In this document: one piece after another, positions 19,687 to 29,562 of the stretch
Numbering within the stretch: position 1 is the first letter of the stretch
Layout: every line of letters begins with the position of its first letter
Virus record (IMG/VR): IMGVR_UViG_3300005083_000004
Reading direction: 5' to 3' (one strand)
Source of the DNA: an uncultured virus (IMG/VR IMGVR_UViG_3300005083_000004)
Lineage: Duplodnaviria > Heunggongvirae > Uroviricota > Caudoviricetes
Length of the DNA: 64,000 bases
Position numbers and translations under genes: made by a program
Notes under the pieces: model-generated
Seen by the model: the letters and a program-made list of their open reading frames with translations, nothing else
The model's database searches: none
What the model was told of the DNA's origin: nothing

Positions 19687-20088
19687 CTATACAACAATAT
19701 CTTCATTTTTATATATCCGTCCCATAATATCGTCAACTTTATTTGGATCAGGAATATATACAATATCTCCAACAAAATCTATATCAGTTTTACATTTATT
19801 CAATAATAATAGAACTAACCATAAATCAATTGTTTTATATAATTGAAATGATAATTTTTTTGGTTGCATATGAAATGCAACATCGAATTTATATTTGATT
19901 TGAATATCTTTAAACATTTCGATATAATATGGAAATAAATTATATAATGGAAATTTGAATATATCTGTTGGACGTTTTGAATTTATACATATATAAGATG
20001 AATATCCTAAATCCACCTTATATCGAGAATTAAATTGATTATTTATAAACTCTAAAATTGTTCCTTCATTCATAATATTTATCCTCAT
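19687..20088 (-). CDS. Baseplate wedge protein (T4 gp53/LysM-like)
   Basis: QPKKLSFQLYKTIDLWLVLLLLN..VYIP pattern. Confidence 0.65.
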   Translation of the reverse strand: MRINIMNEGTILEFINNQFNSRYKVDLGYSSYICINSKRPTDIFKFPLYNLFPYYIEMFKDIQIKYKFDVAFHMQPKKLSFQLYKTIDLWLVLLLLNKCKTDIDFVGDIVYIPDPNKVDDIMGRIYKNEDIVV

Positions 20089-20837
20089 TAATAATATAAT
20101 ATTTGTTCCAATGGTGATTCTGTTTCAGGTATATTTTCTTTAGTTCTTATGATACCTTGATTTATCATTTGACCGAATACTTCAAAAGAAAGCGCAGCAT
20201 AAGTATTTAATTTTGGTGCTAAATTTCTAACAGATAACATTACATAATCATATGGAGTTAATGAATTTGATTTACCATATACTTGACCAAATTTAGATGT
20301 ATTATCTTTTTTATATCTACATGCTATTGCGATAACCGATTCCAATATAAAACTTGGTAATTGAAAATTTACTCCATTCATTTTTAAATTCATTTGCCAA
20401 ATTTTTATTATTTCATCATATGGTATTAAATTTGATGGAAGTTTTCCCATAAGAATATAGTTAATAAATATTTCACAGTTTAAACTATCTTTGATCACCA
20501 TTGATTTACATATCGGCGATTTATCTCCAAATATCATTACTTCACAATTTTCATCTTCAGATCCAAGATTTATTGTATCTGTATATATATCAGTAATATT
20601 AATATTTATCAATGTTGGAATTTTTAATAGTTTAAGAGTATTATTTTTTGAATAAGGAATAATTCCCATTAGACGATATACAATTCCTTGATCTTCAAAT
20701 CCAATCATACTTTTATATGATAATGGAATATAAAGTTTGATTTCACCGTTACAACATATATTTCCATCTATTTCAATAAAATCTTTATTATCATCAATAG
20801 ATTCAATTAGATAAGATTCATTTTTTAAATCCGACAT
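20088..20837 (-). CDS. Putative RNA polymerase beta' C-terminal fragment (probably virion RNAP)
   Basis: ILESVIA..CR and YAALSFE resemble beta' 'HIEVIV.QM' and 'SAASFQE'; ends SPLEQIL. Confidence 0.5.
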   Translation of the reverse strand: MSDLKNESYLIESIDDNKDFIEIDGNICCNGEIKLYIPLSYKSMIGFEDQGIVYRLMGIIPYSKNNTLKLLKIPTLININITDIYTDTINLGSEDENCEVMIFGDKSPICKSMVIKDSLNCEIFINYILMGKLPSNLIPYDEIIKIWQMNLKMNGVNFQLPSFILESVIAIACRYKKDNTSKFGQVYGKSNSLTPYDYVMLSVRNLAPKLNTYAALSFEVFGQMINQGIIRTKENIPETESPLEQILYY

Positions 20838-20918
20838 AATATATATATTCTCCTTATATTCTATAATGTTATCTCAAAAGTTTTTGCATGTTTTTAAAAA
20901 AATTATATATGAATAAAT

Positions 20919-20949
20919 AAAAAAAGAAGGTTTTAAACCTTCTTTTTTT
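20919..20949. terminator. Terminator
   Basis: aaaaaaagaaggttt-t-aaaccttcttttttt. Confidence 0.7.
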
Positions 20950-20958
20950 CACAATCGA

Positions 20959-22410
20959 TTATTTTAAAAACACGTTTAAATTTAATAATGAAAATGGATT
21001 GATCTTAATAGCAACTTTATTATTTATTGCATTGATTCCCATGTAATATAATGGATCATAATTTTCAAATACTTTCTGTAATTCTGGAAATGGTATAGAA
21101 AATAAATTTAATGTATCTCCATCGAAATCGGCATGTAATCCTGGTAATGGTGAATATCCTAATGCCATGCAATAGTTATTTGGATCTTTATTTATTCTAC
21201 GAATATTCATGAGTTGAAATGATTCGTAATTTAATGATGGATTTCGATTTATTAATATTTTTGGATGATATTTTTCCAATATTCGATCACATAATTCATA
21301 TAAGTATTCATTACCATCATTAGAATTAAGCTGAAGATAATTATATGCATTAAATAACGGAACTTTTTTATCATTCATTATTTCTTTAATCAACCAATTT
21401 TTATAAAACACAGTTGCTAACGGAAATCCAATATCTATTTCATTACATTGTAAAGTTGGATCCAGAGTAATAACATTTCTTGATGAATAATTATAATTGC
21501 CTCCTAAAATTGATGATCGAATATGACCATTTTTTCCTTTAATTAGTTTAAATACTTCATCCCAAATTTTATTGATATGATTTTGAATCGAATATAAAGT
21601 GATTACGACTTCTGATAATGTAAATTTAGGTAGTAATTCAATTGATGAACAAATCGGATTAATATGTTTATCAATGGATGTAAATGAGTATGCTCCATTA
21701 TTTATAGAAATTGGTCGTAAGCATGTACTATAAACTGGAAAACATGATGTCCATATATATTCTTTATTATTGATCAAATTCTCAACTCTTTCAGGATTCT
21801 TTTTATTTCCAAATGCTGTTATAATTTCATCAAAATTTTCATAAAATTGAATTAATCCAATATTATAATATTGATTCATTTTTTTAAGTTGACGACGACT
21901 TTTAATAACGATTTCTTCATGAATATCATGTGTATTTCCATCTTGATCATACATATTATCATATCTAATTATATTATCTAAGTTTTTTGAACCAATGACA
22001 GATTCTAATATTTTATAATACCTTGGATGAATTACTTTATATGGGCCCCAATATAACCACCCTGTTTTTGTAATATCAAATGCTGAATATTCAACTTTAG
22101 TATGACATAATGGACATTCTTCACCTTCAAACATTGCTCCAATTATTTCACCACATTCACAGTGATATCTTTCCATAAATGAAAAATCATCCCCGTATCC
22201 ACTACCAAATTTTATTGACCGAGGACCATCAATATTTTTAATTTTATTATATACATCATTAAATGCTCTTTTATTTATCATAAATCCTTTTCCGGTCATT
22301 AGATCAAAATTCATTTGAGCATCACAATTGATTGGTCTAAGAATCACAGATTTTTTAATGTTTTCATTATCATCAAATAAATCCTCTAATTTTTGTATTT
22401 TTCTTGACAT
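20959..22410 (-). CDS. rpoC: Multisubunit RNA polymerase beta' N-terminal subunit with catalytic loop
   Basis: CECG..CPLC Zn site, KGKNGHIR, SSRNVI, NRNPSL, HADFDGD. Confidence 0.92.
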   Translation of the reverse strand: MSRKIQKLEDLFDDNENIKKSVILRPINCDAQMNFDLMTGKGFMINKRAFNDVYNKIKNIDGPRSIKFGSGYGDDFSFMERYHCECGEIIGAMFEGEECPLCHTKVEYSAFDITKTGWLYWGPYKVIHPRYYKILESVIGSKNLDNIIRYDNMYDQDGNTHDIHEEIVIKSRRQLKKMNQYYNIGLIQFYENFDEIITAFGNKKNPERVENLINNKEYIWTSCFPVYSTCLRPISINNGAYSFTSIDKHINPICSSIELLPKFTLSEVVITLYSIQNHINKIWDEVFKLIKGKNGHIRSSILGGNYNYSSRNVITLDPTLQCNEIDIGFPLATVFYKNWLIKEIMNDKKVPLFNAYNYLQLNSNDGNEYLYELCDRILEKYHPKILINRNPSLNYESFQLMNIRRINKDPNNYCMALGYSPLPGLHADFDGDTLNLFSIPFPELQKVFENYDPLYYMGINAINNKVAIKINPFSLLNLNVFLK

Positions 22411-22518
22411 ATTTTATTCCCCATATGGTATTAATGTTATCATTATTTGTTTACTTCAGATCAAGAATATATAATTGAACTTTTTAATTAAAGAAAGTTA
22501 ATAAGAAGGATTTGAAGT

Positions 22519-22695
22519 ATGATTGATTGGAATAAATTATTAAATAAGCCTCATATTAATCAAATTGGTCAAATTGTCGATAATTATTCTTCAGAATATT
22601 ATGGCATGATCCCTATAACAGATTTAGAGATAAATGAATTATTTCGATCTGTAATGGGAGATTTAGTCATAAATAGAATTGTTGCATCAAATTAA
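22519..22695 (+). CDS. Small 58-aa fibre-associated-like protein
   Basis: AAGGA SD; IDWNKLLNKPHIN ('L.NKP.IN' fibre-type motif) and ITDLEINELF; not in ORF track. Confidence 0.5.
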   Translation: MIDWNKLLNKPHINQIGQIVDNYSSEYYGMIPITDLEINELFRSVMGDLVINRIVASN

Positions 22696-22713
22696 TAGAA
22701 ATAATGGAGAAAT

Positions 22714-23913
22714 GTGTATATGCAATTAAAAGCTATTGAATGTCCTCAATATAGGATATTAAAAAAAATTAGAATAATATTGATATTAACGATCGCTATC
22801 ATATATGGTTGTACGATATATCATCTTGTTAATCTAACCAGGTTACAATATATTCAAGAATCTGATGTATATATAGAAAAAATTTCTGAATATGCTCCAA
22901 ATAAGACACCTGATCCTATGATATATATATCAGAATTATATAGTATATATACCAATCAAGTCATCATGAATATTATTGATAAATATTGTCAAAATGGAAT
23001 TCATGGATATACGTATGGATATATATTCGATAATAATTTTAATCTATTATATTCAAATATTAATTCTGATATAGAAAATAATTATGAAGTTAGACTTAAA
23101 AATGAAGAATTTATTAAAAATTTTGAATATAATTATACTAATAATAAATTACCAGAAATAGTCAATATTTACGTAACACAAAATAGATATTATGTATTGT
23201 ATTATGATATTTATAGATATTTATTGATTAATGTATATATGCCATATATATTAATTGGAGTTTTTATAATGCTATGTTGTTGTTTATATCAATTTTTAGT
23301 TAAAGAAATAAATGACAATAGAAATAGAGAAATATATTTAGTCAATGAAAATGATATTTACAATATTGATCAATTAGAAGTACTTCGTACAAAAATTGAT
23401 AAATCATATAGTGAAAAACGATATTATCGTTTTCTGATATTATTAATCATACCATTAATGATATCAGTTATCACATATATAGTTATCCACAATGATGAAA
23501 AATTTAAAATTACTGATATTGATATAATTACAGATGCATTAATAGATATTGAAATTGATAATAAACCAATAGATGAAGCCAAGGTTTTGTTATCAAATTT
23601 ACGTGACGATAGTAATGGTAGATATCATATAATGTTAATAGATGAATCTGAATATAATATATTAAGTGATTTATGGAAATCTGATGATGAACCTCATGTG
23701 GATCTTACAACAGATAAAAAACTTATTAAAAAAACCATGAATGTTATTATCAGTAATAAACCATATATATGTTTATACAGTGCACCATATGAAATGGGAT
23801 TGCTTATACAAGTATTTTTTTATATAACCATGATTGATTTTATAAGTATATTAATGATCACAATTATTATTATTAAAAAACGATACATGTTACCGATAAT
23901 TTTAATTGAATAA
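22714..23913 (+). CDS. Multi-pass membrane protein
   Basis: Four hydrophobic segments arranged as two TM-loop-TM units. Confidence 0.6.
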   Translation: MYMQLKAIECPQYRILKKIRIILILTIAIIYGCTIYHLVNLTRLQYIQESDVYIEKISEYAPNKTPDPMIYISELYSIYTNQVIMNIIDKYCQNGIHGYTYGYIFDNNFNLLYSNINSDIENNYEVRLKNEEFIKNFEYNYTNNKLPEIVNIYVTQNRYYVLYYDIYRYLLINVYMPYILIGVFIMLCCCLYQFLVKEINDNRNREIYLVNENDIYNIDQLEVLRTKIDKSYSEKRYYRFLILLIIPLMISVITYIVIHNDEKFKITDIDIITDALIDIEIDNKPIDEAKVLLSNLRDDSNGRYHIMLIDESEYNILSDLWKSDDEPHVDLTTDKKLIKKTMNVIISNKPYICLYSAPYEMGLLIQVFFYITMIDFISILMITIIIIKKRYMLPIILIE

Positions 23914-23944
23914 TAATATTTTATTTTATAAGGAGATAAGAATT

Positions 23945-24295
23945 ATGGAACTTGATATTACCCAAACATTACAACTTGTTATTACTACTTTTGGCGGTAT
24001 ATTATTGGCATTTATGCAGTATAGAAGTGATAAAAATACCAAAAAAGAAATCAATTCATTAAAAGATAATCCTGCAATTTTGGAAATTAAAAAGAAAAAA
24101 CAAAAAATATTGGAAGATAAAGAGGATTATCATAATGAACTGACACGATTGATTTCACAACATATTATTGATGGAAACCATGTGGATAAACTTAAAGAAG
24201 CTCTTGAACATGCTAGCACGATCCAAAAAGAATGGAATGAGATCAATAAAGAATATTATCAATGTATTGAAGAACAATTAAAAATGAATAGTTAA
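23945..24295 (+). CDS. Holin-like protein (ORF track start 23906)
   Basis: AAGGAG SD; single N-terminal TM (LQLVITTFGGILLAFM) then charged coiled coil. Confidence 0.45.
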   Translation: MELDITQTLQLVITTFGGILLAFMQYRSDKNTKKEINSLKDNPAILEIKKKKQKILEDKEDYHNELTRLISQHIIDGNHVDKLKEALEHASTIQKEWNEINKEYYQCIEEQLKMNS

Positions 24296-24327
24296 CATCG
24301 TAATGAATTTAATAAGAGGGAATCAAA

Positions 24328-24486
24328 ATGGTAAGTGAATATATACTACTGAATGAATTTTCATATCAAGTAAAAATAAATTATGTCGAAAAATCATTTG
24401 TAACTTGGTTATTATATAATATACGAGATATGATTAATATTGCAATTAAATATACTATCGCTAAAATTTTAAGAGTAATAAAATAA
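24328..24486 (+). CDS. Small 52-aa hypothetical protein
   Basis: GAGGG SD; MVSEYILLNEF...; ends at terminator. Confidence 0.4.
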   Translation: MVSEYILLNEFSYQVKINYVEKSFVTWLLYNIRDMINIAIKYTIAKILRVIK

Positions 24487-24508
24487 GGGGAGTATATACT
24501 CCCCTTAT
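24483..24508. terminator. Bidirectional terminator
   Basis: ataaggggagta-ta-tactccccttat. Confidence 0.75.
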
Positions 24509-24527
24509 ATTTTATTAATTAATGAAA

Positions 24528-24713
24528 TTAAGTTAATCGAATTTCTTGATTGTTTGTAAGATAAATTGTATCATTTTGTATATTCTTTATCATCATATTA
24601 GGGTTAATGTCGTAAGCTATATTAATGTTTTTATATTCATATAACAATAATCTTTCAGCATTCGATTCATCTATAAATTTACCAAGAAATTCCATACGAT
24701 CAATGAATTTCAT
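24528..24713 (-). CDS. Small hypothetical protein
   Basis: GAGGAG SD on minus strand. Confidence 0.55.
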   Translation of the reverse strand: MKFIDRMEFLGKFIDESNAERLLLYEYKNINIAYDINPNMMIKNIQNDTIYLTNNQEIRLT

Positions 24714-24862
24714 ATAGAATATCTCCTCATTTACAGAATAATATTATCAATTGGGATTTTTTAATTTTAGCATTATATCTCGGATAAGAAGTATGTCATG
24801 ATATGGCATATCTTTAATTTCTTGGATTGTAAATATTCCATCAGCAATTTTATAAATAGAAA

Positions 24863-26965
24863 TTAACTCTTCATAATATCGTTGAATTCGATTTCCAGAT
24901 CCATTCCTTTCCGAGATAATTGAAAAACCAACTGTTTTAAGTCATTAATTGGAATACTAGTCACATTTCCACATTTCGGACATGTACAATTTTTATATGA
25001 AAAAGTTAATTCATAATTCTTTGTAAATTGTGGAATAACTTCTAACAAAATTTTCATGTCAGCAACAGAGATCCCTTTTAGTAATTCCATAATAACTTGA
25101 TAATTATCACATTGATCATATTCGTCTGTTGTTTTATTAAGAATATAAATAGATGATATACATGATAGCATATATATCATATCAACACTATCGATATCAA
25201 TAATTTTTGACAATAATGAATTTAATTTTTCAATTGCTTCAGGAATCATAAATTCAAATGATGTATTATCAATATATTCATCAAATTTTACAACATTACC
25301 ATTATTCAATTCCAATGAATTATCTTCATTATCAATACTATACTCTTTATTTTTAATTGATTCATATGCAATATATTGTATATGTTTAATATATTGATTA
25401 TTGATATATGGATAATAATCTCGTAATATCTCATATGCAGATTTAATTTTCATACCAATCGCATAATTTGTATCAGGAAGTACAATAATATACTCTTTAT
25501 TCAAATATCCATTATTATAATTCTGATTGATTTCTGATAATGATTTACATGAAATTGTTTTATCCATTATATGCTTAACATCTTTATTCAATTTACCATA
25601 ATCTGGTAAAGATGATGTATTATAATCATAATCATAAATTGTACCACAAGTATTTTCTTCATAAGCAATGAATTGATTATTCTCTCTTACAAGTTTTCTT
25701 CGTGGTTTAAATGAATCATATATCTGTTCATTAATGATTGTATTATATCCAACATAATCTTCACTATTAAACGGAATTTGTTTCCAAACTTTTTTATTAC
25801 AAGTTATACTTAAACTTTGTGAATCAGGATATGTAATTTGTAATAATCCTATTAATAATGTTGATTCATCTATATATGCAGTTTTTTTCATGAAATCATC
25901 CATACTACTAAATTTACCAATTGTTGGATTTAATATATGTTTGAAGAATAATTTCCATAATTTCAATGTTTTTGTTAAATCAGAATCATTAACAAAATTA
26001 TTTATAAACTGCATCTCTGAAAAACTTAATGGTGTCATTTCACATGTATATCGTGATGCTGGTAATGTAATCTTAACAGTTCTAATAGATAATGTTTTAT
26101 CTGTATTTATTTCATCGATCGATGATATTTTACGTCCAGAAATCCTGATATCCTTACTCTCAACGACATTGACTTTAATTCTTTTTGCTTTAACTATTTT
26201 AGATGTTAGATCATTATCAAAGTTAAGTTTATCTTTATCACTTGTATTAATATTGATAATAATGTCACCTGCAGGTTGAACATCTTTTACCAATTCCACC
26301 GTGGTATTCGATGATTCTTCTATAGGTGTATATTTTGATTCTATTTTACTATTATCATTATCTATAGATATAAAATTATCTAGTAAAAATTGATCAAGTT
26401 CATCATCTGTCATCAATGGTTCTCTATAAATAAATTCACGATTTGTTGCTTCATCCTTAAATCCACCTTCTTTCAACCCTAATCTTTTTTTTGCTATAAC
26501 TATTCTTTTAGTAAAATCTGAAAGATCTTCCTCAATATCTGTTAATGATTCTTTCATATGTTCATGAGCTAAATCAATATCTGTCTTTTTAATATCAGAA
26601 GGTCGAGAATCTTTTAATTCTTCAACTATAACTCCTAATGTTGGTTTCTTCGAAGAAAATATGTCCAATGGTGATTTTTTATTTAATGATTGATCATTTA
26701 GATTATCAGGAGATTGATCATTTGAATCATCAAGATTTTTTAATTTTATAGCAATATCATTTAAATCTAATTCCTTGAAACTTGAGTTAATTTCTATTCG
26801 TTTTTCTGTAGATATCGAGGTCTCAGCAAATGATTTGTTTAATCTATTCATTTCATCTTCAGCTAATTGATATGCTTGATTAAAATTTACATTTTCATGA
26901 TTATCATTAATATTATTGCCTGATATTTGATTAATAACATCTGAAACTCGAAATTTTTTTGTCAT
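24863..26965 (-). CDS. Tail/baseplate hub assembly protein (T4 gp26-like C-terminal half)
   Basis: KITLPASRY...PLS..E, D...LL..L...YP...C, C-terminal CPKCG...LVF. Confidence 0.5.
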   Translation of the reverse strand: MTKKFRVSDVINQISGNNINDNHENVNFNQAYQLAEDEMNRLNKSFAETSISTEKRIEINSSFKELDLNDIAIKLKNLDDSNDQSPDNLNDQSLNKKSPLDIFSSKKPTLGVIVEELKDSRPSDIKKTDIDLAHEHMKESLTDIEEDLSDFTKRIVIAKKRLGLKEGGFKDEATNREFIYREPLMTDDELDQFLLDNFISIDNDNSKIESKYTPIEESSNTTVELVKDVQPAGDIIININTSDKDKLNFDNDLTSKIVKAKRIKVNVVESKDIRISGRKISSIDEINTDKTLSIRTVKITLPASRYTCEMTPLSFSEMQFINNFVNDSDLTKTLKLWKLFFKHILNPTIGKFSSMDDFMKKTAYIDESTLLIGLLQITYPDSQSLSITCNKKVWKQIPFNSEDYVGYNTIINEQIYDSFKPRRKLVRENNQFIAYEENTCGTIYDYDYNTSSLPDYGKLNKDVKHIMDKTISCKSLSEINQNYNNGYLNKEYIIVLPDTNYAIGMKIKSAYEILRDYYPYINNQYIKHIQYIAYESIKNKEYSIDNEDNSLELNNGNVVKFDEYIDNTSFEFMIPEAIEKLNSLLSKIIDIDSVDMIYMLSCISSIYILNKTTDEYDQCDNYQVIMELLKGISVADMKILLEVIPQFTKNYELTFSYKNCTCPKCGNVTSIPINDLKQLVFQLSRKGMDLEIEFNDIMKS

Positions 26966-27007
26966 AATTTTACTTGTCCTCCAGTAAGATTAAAAAATTT
27001 TAGTATA

Positions 27008-28807
27008 TTAGTTATATCTTTGAATAATAAAAATAAAATATAAGATTATAGATCCTATATAATTTTGTAATTGTCGAGATTGTAATGTTTTATCAAGTTC
27101 TAATTTATTAATCCAGATAGATATAATATCATGTATATTAGAATATTTTCGTTTATATCTTAATATTATATTGGATGCTATATCTAATCCAAATGATAAA
27201 AATTGTTTTGATGTTATTTCAATATTATCATTTTTTTCAAAGAAATATTCAAGTATATATATTATAAATTTATTTAATTCATATTCTTTATTTTTGATGA
27301 TTGTTTTAATATATGCATATGAATCATCATATGATGTTTTATAGTATTCACATGTTGTTTTCAAAATCTGGGTATTTATTTTATTATTAATAATTGCATT
27401 ATATTTATTATTACCGATAATATATGATTTACTTTTAGAAGATGTTATATCATATTCCATTTCTGTATCTGTAATAATTCTATTACGTTTTTGATAATTA
27501 TCAAGATATTTTGATGTAATATGTTTTATAGCTATATTGAATGTATTACGTAAACGAACTAATGCATCAATATATTCAATATCTTTATTAGTAATTAATG
27601 CATTTTTATGAAAATTGATTGATGATCTACCATTAATATCTACTATCCATTCTTCTAGGTTATGACTTTTTGTAATTTTAAATTTTTCTGATAAATGTTC
27701 AATTGTATATTCCATTATCTGAGGATTTGGATCTGTTTTACTAAAGTATTTTCTAAATATAAGAGAATATTCAGTAATTGATATAATATATATCATTATA
27801 TTCTGCATCTGTTCATTATCAGTCTTTAAGAAATATACATAAGCAATCAAAAATCCTAATAATTGAATTGATGCTATCAATGTTTGTGTTTCTCCAATTG
27901 TAATTTTTTCTTTAATCTCTTTTAAAGTATTTAATAAATCTTCTTTAGATATGCCGATTGCATCTAATATCTCATTTGTTTCTTTAATTGAAATAATTAG
28001 ATTTTTAATCGGATATCGTTGACTTAATATTTCAAAGTTATTATTTTTCCATGTAGATACAACGTTGATGATTGACGTGATATTTTTTTGTTTAGATAAA
28101 TGATCTTCAATTGTTTTATATATTCCATTTTCAATAACAGATGTTCTAGCATCTTTTTTTGCTTCAGTAAATATTTGATTTGATTCAGTTTTCATTTCTA
28201 TATCTGTATCTACTTTTAATATTATCAAATCTGAATCATTTTTAATTAATTGAAAATTTGGTTTTATTAAATGAGATTTATTCAACCATTGTTTTATCTT
28301 ATTAAATGCTAATTCTTTTATTTTATTATATTCATCAATATTTGCATTATGATCCAATTCTTTTATAATATTAAAATTTAAAAATTCCCCAATTACTAAA
28401 TATACGCAATTTTGATTATCATCATCGGCAATCCAATTAAAATCCCGACATAATCCAGTGTATTCAGATTGTTTCCATGCCCATGATTTAAAAAATGGAA
28501 TATAATCAATATATTTTTCTAATAATCTATCAATAGCATATATATCAGATTCATATTCTTTTAAATAATATAATGCTGATTCAGTCAATTCTCTCGTAAG
28601 TTTTGGGTTAAAACTATCTAAATCATAAGGTGTATTTATAATATGCTTTTCAGGTTTATTTTTATTATCCTTTAATATTTTTCCATCACCATATAAATCA
28701 ATTCCATTGAATCCTTTTTGAAATTGAGGTAATGGTATTCCAGAAAAATCATATAACTCATTTAACGTTGAATTATCTATATACAACGATTCACTATATT
28801 TATTCAT
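27008..28807 (-). CDS. Hypothetical protein, probably late/virion
   Basis: 599-aa ORF, AGGAG SD, late-type upstream motif. Confidence 0.6.
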   Translation of the reverse strand: MNKYSESLYIDNSTLNELYDFSGIPLPQFQKGFNGIDLYGDGKILKDNKNKPEKHIINTPYDLDSFNPKLTRELTESALYYLKEYESDIYAIDRLLEKYIDYIPFFKSWAWKQSEYTGLCRDFNWIADDDNQNCVYLVIGEFLNFNIIKELDHNANIDEYNKIKELAFNKIKQWLNKSHLIKPNFQLIKNDSDLIILKVDTDIEMKTESNQIFTEAKKDARTSVIENGIYKTIEDHLSKQKNITSIINVVSTWKNNNFEILSQRYPIKNLIISIKETNEILDAIGISKEDLLNTLKEIKEKITIGETQTLIASIQLLGFLIAYVYFLKTDNEQMQNIMIYIISITEYSLIFRKYFSKTDPNPQIMEYTIEHLSEKFKITKSHNLEEWIVDINGRSSINFHKNALITNKDIEYIDALVRLRNTFNIAIKHITSKYLDNYQKRNRIITDTEMEYDITSSKSKSYIIGNNKYNAIINNKINTQILKTTCEYYKTSYDDSYAYIKTIIKNKEYELNKFIIYILEYFFEKNDNIEITSKQFLSFGLDIASNIILRYKRKYSNIHDIISIWINKLELDKTLQSRQLQNYIGSIILYFIFIIQRYN

Positions 28808-28953
28808 AATTATAATATATCTCCTAATATTCTATAATGTTATCATGAGAGTTTTTATGAAAAAAGAGTTAAAAAATCAATTATGTTAATCATTCAAAGG
28901 ATTTAACTAAAACAAATTTAATAACATTAAACTATATTTAGGAGAGTTATATT

Positions 28954-29421
28954 ATGTTTAAAATATTAATAAATCAATATTTGACAGAAAAGGAATTTCA
29001 ACAAATTGATGATGAAATTGATGACATATTAGATAGTGAATTTAATTCAATATACAGTGATATGGAAGATGATGCATTAGATGATATTGAATTGGGCACT
29101 AGTGATTATTTGGTATTTGTTGATGATGATTCATCTGAAGCGGAATCTGAAGATTTACAAACTGTTGTAGCAGTCGACGATTCTGATATTGATAAAGGAG
29201 AAGATGAATTAGATGATATATCTGATACAGAACTTGATACTATAATTAAAGATGAAATCTTTGGAGATGCAATTAAAGACGATGATATCGTTATAACAGA
29301 TGATCAGGTTACTACAGCTGGAAACATTGCTGATAAAGTTGAAGTTGTATCTGATACAACAACCCTAGATACACCAATTGATGATACAATTGAAGAATCA
29401 GTATATCTTGTTTTTAAATAA
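28954..29421 (+). CDS. Highly acidic protein (scaffold/internal-protein or DNA-mimic-like)
   Basis: Very D/E-rich 155-aa ORF with AGGAG SD. Confidence 0.6.
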   Translation: MFKILINQYLTEKEFQQIDDEIDDILDSEFNSIYSDMEDDALDDIELGTSDYLVFVDDDSSEAESEDLQTVVAVDDSDIDKGEDELDDISDTELDTIIKDEIFGDAIKDDDIVITDDQVTTAGNIADKVEVVSDTTTLDTPIDDTIEESVYLVFK

Positions 29422-29427
29422 ATAATT

Positions 29428-29461
29428 AAATATTAATGGGAGAAATCTCCCATTAATATTT
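29428..29461. terminator. Terminator
   Basis: aaatattaatgggaga-aa-tctcccattaatattt. Confidence 0.75.
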
Positions 29462-29562
29462 TTTATAAATTTAAAATTAACTAAATATTAGTTAGAGTAA
29501 CTACTGGGATAATTATATATTATTTAATAGAAAAAATAAAATAATTTATTTGGAGGACAATA

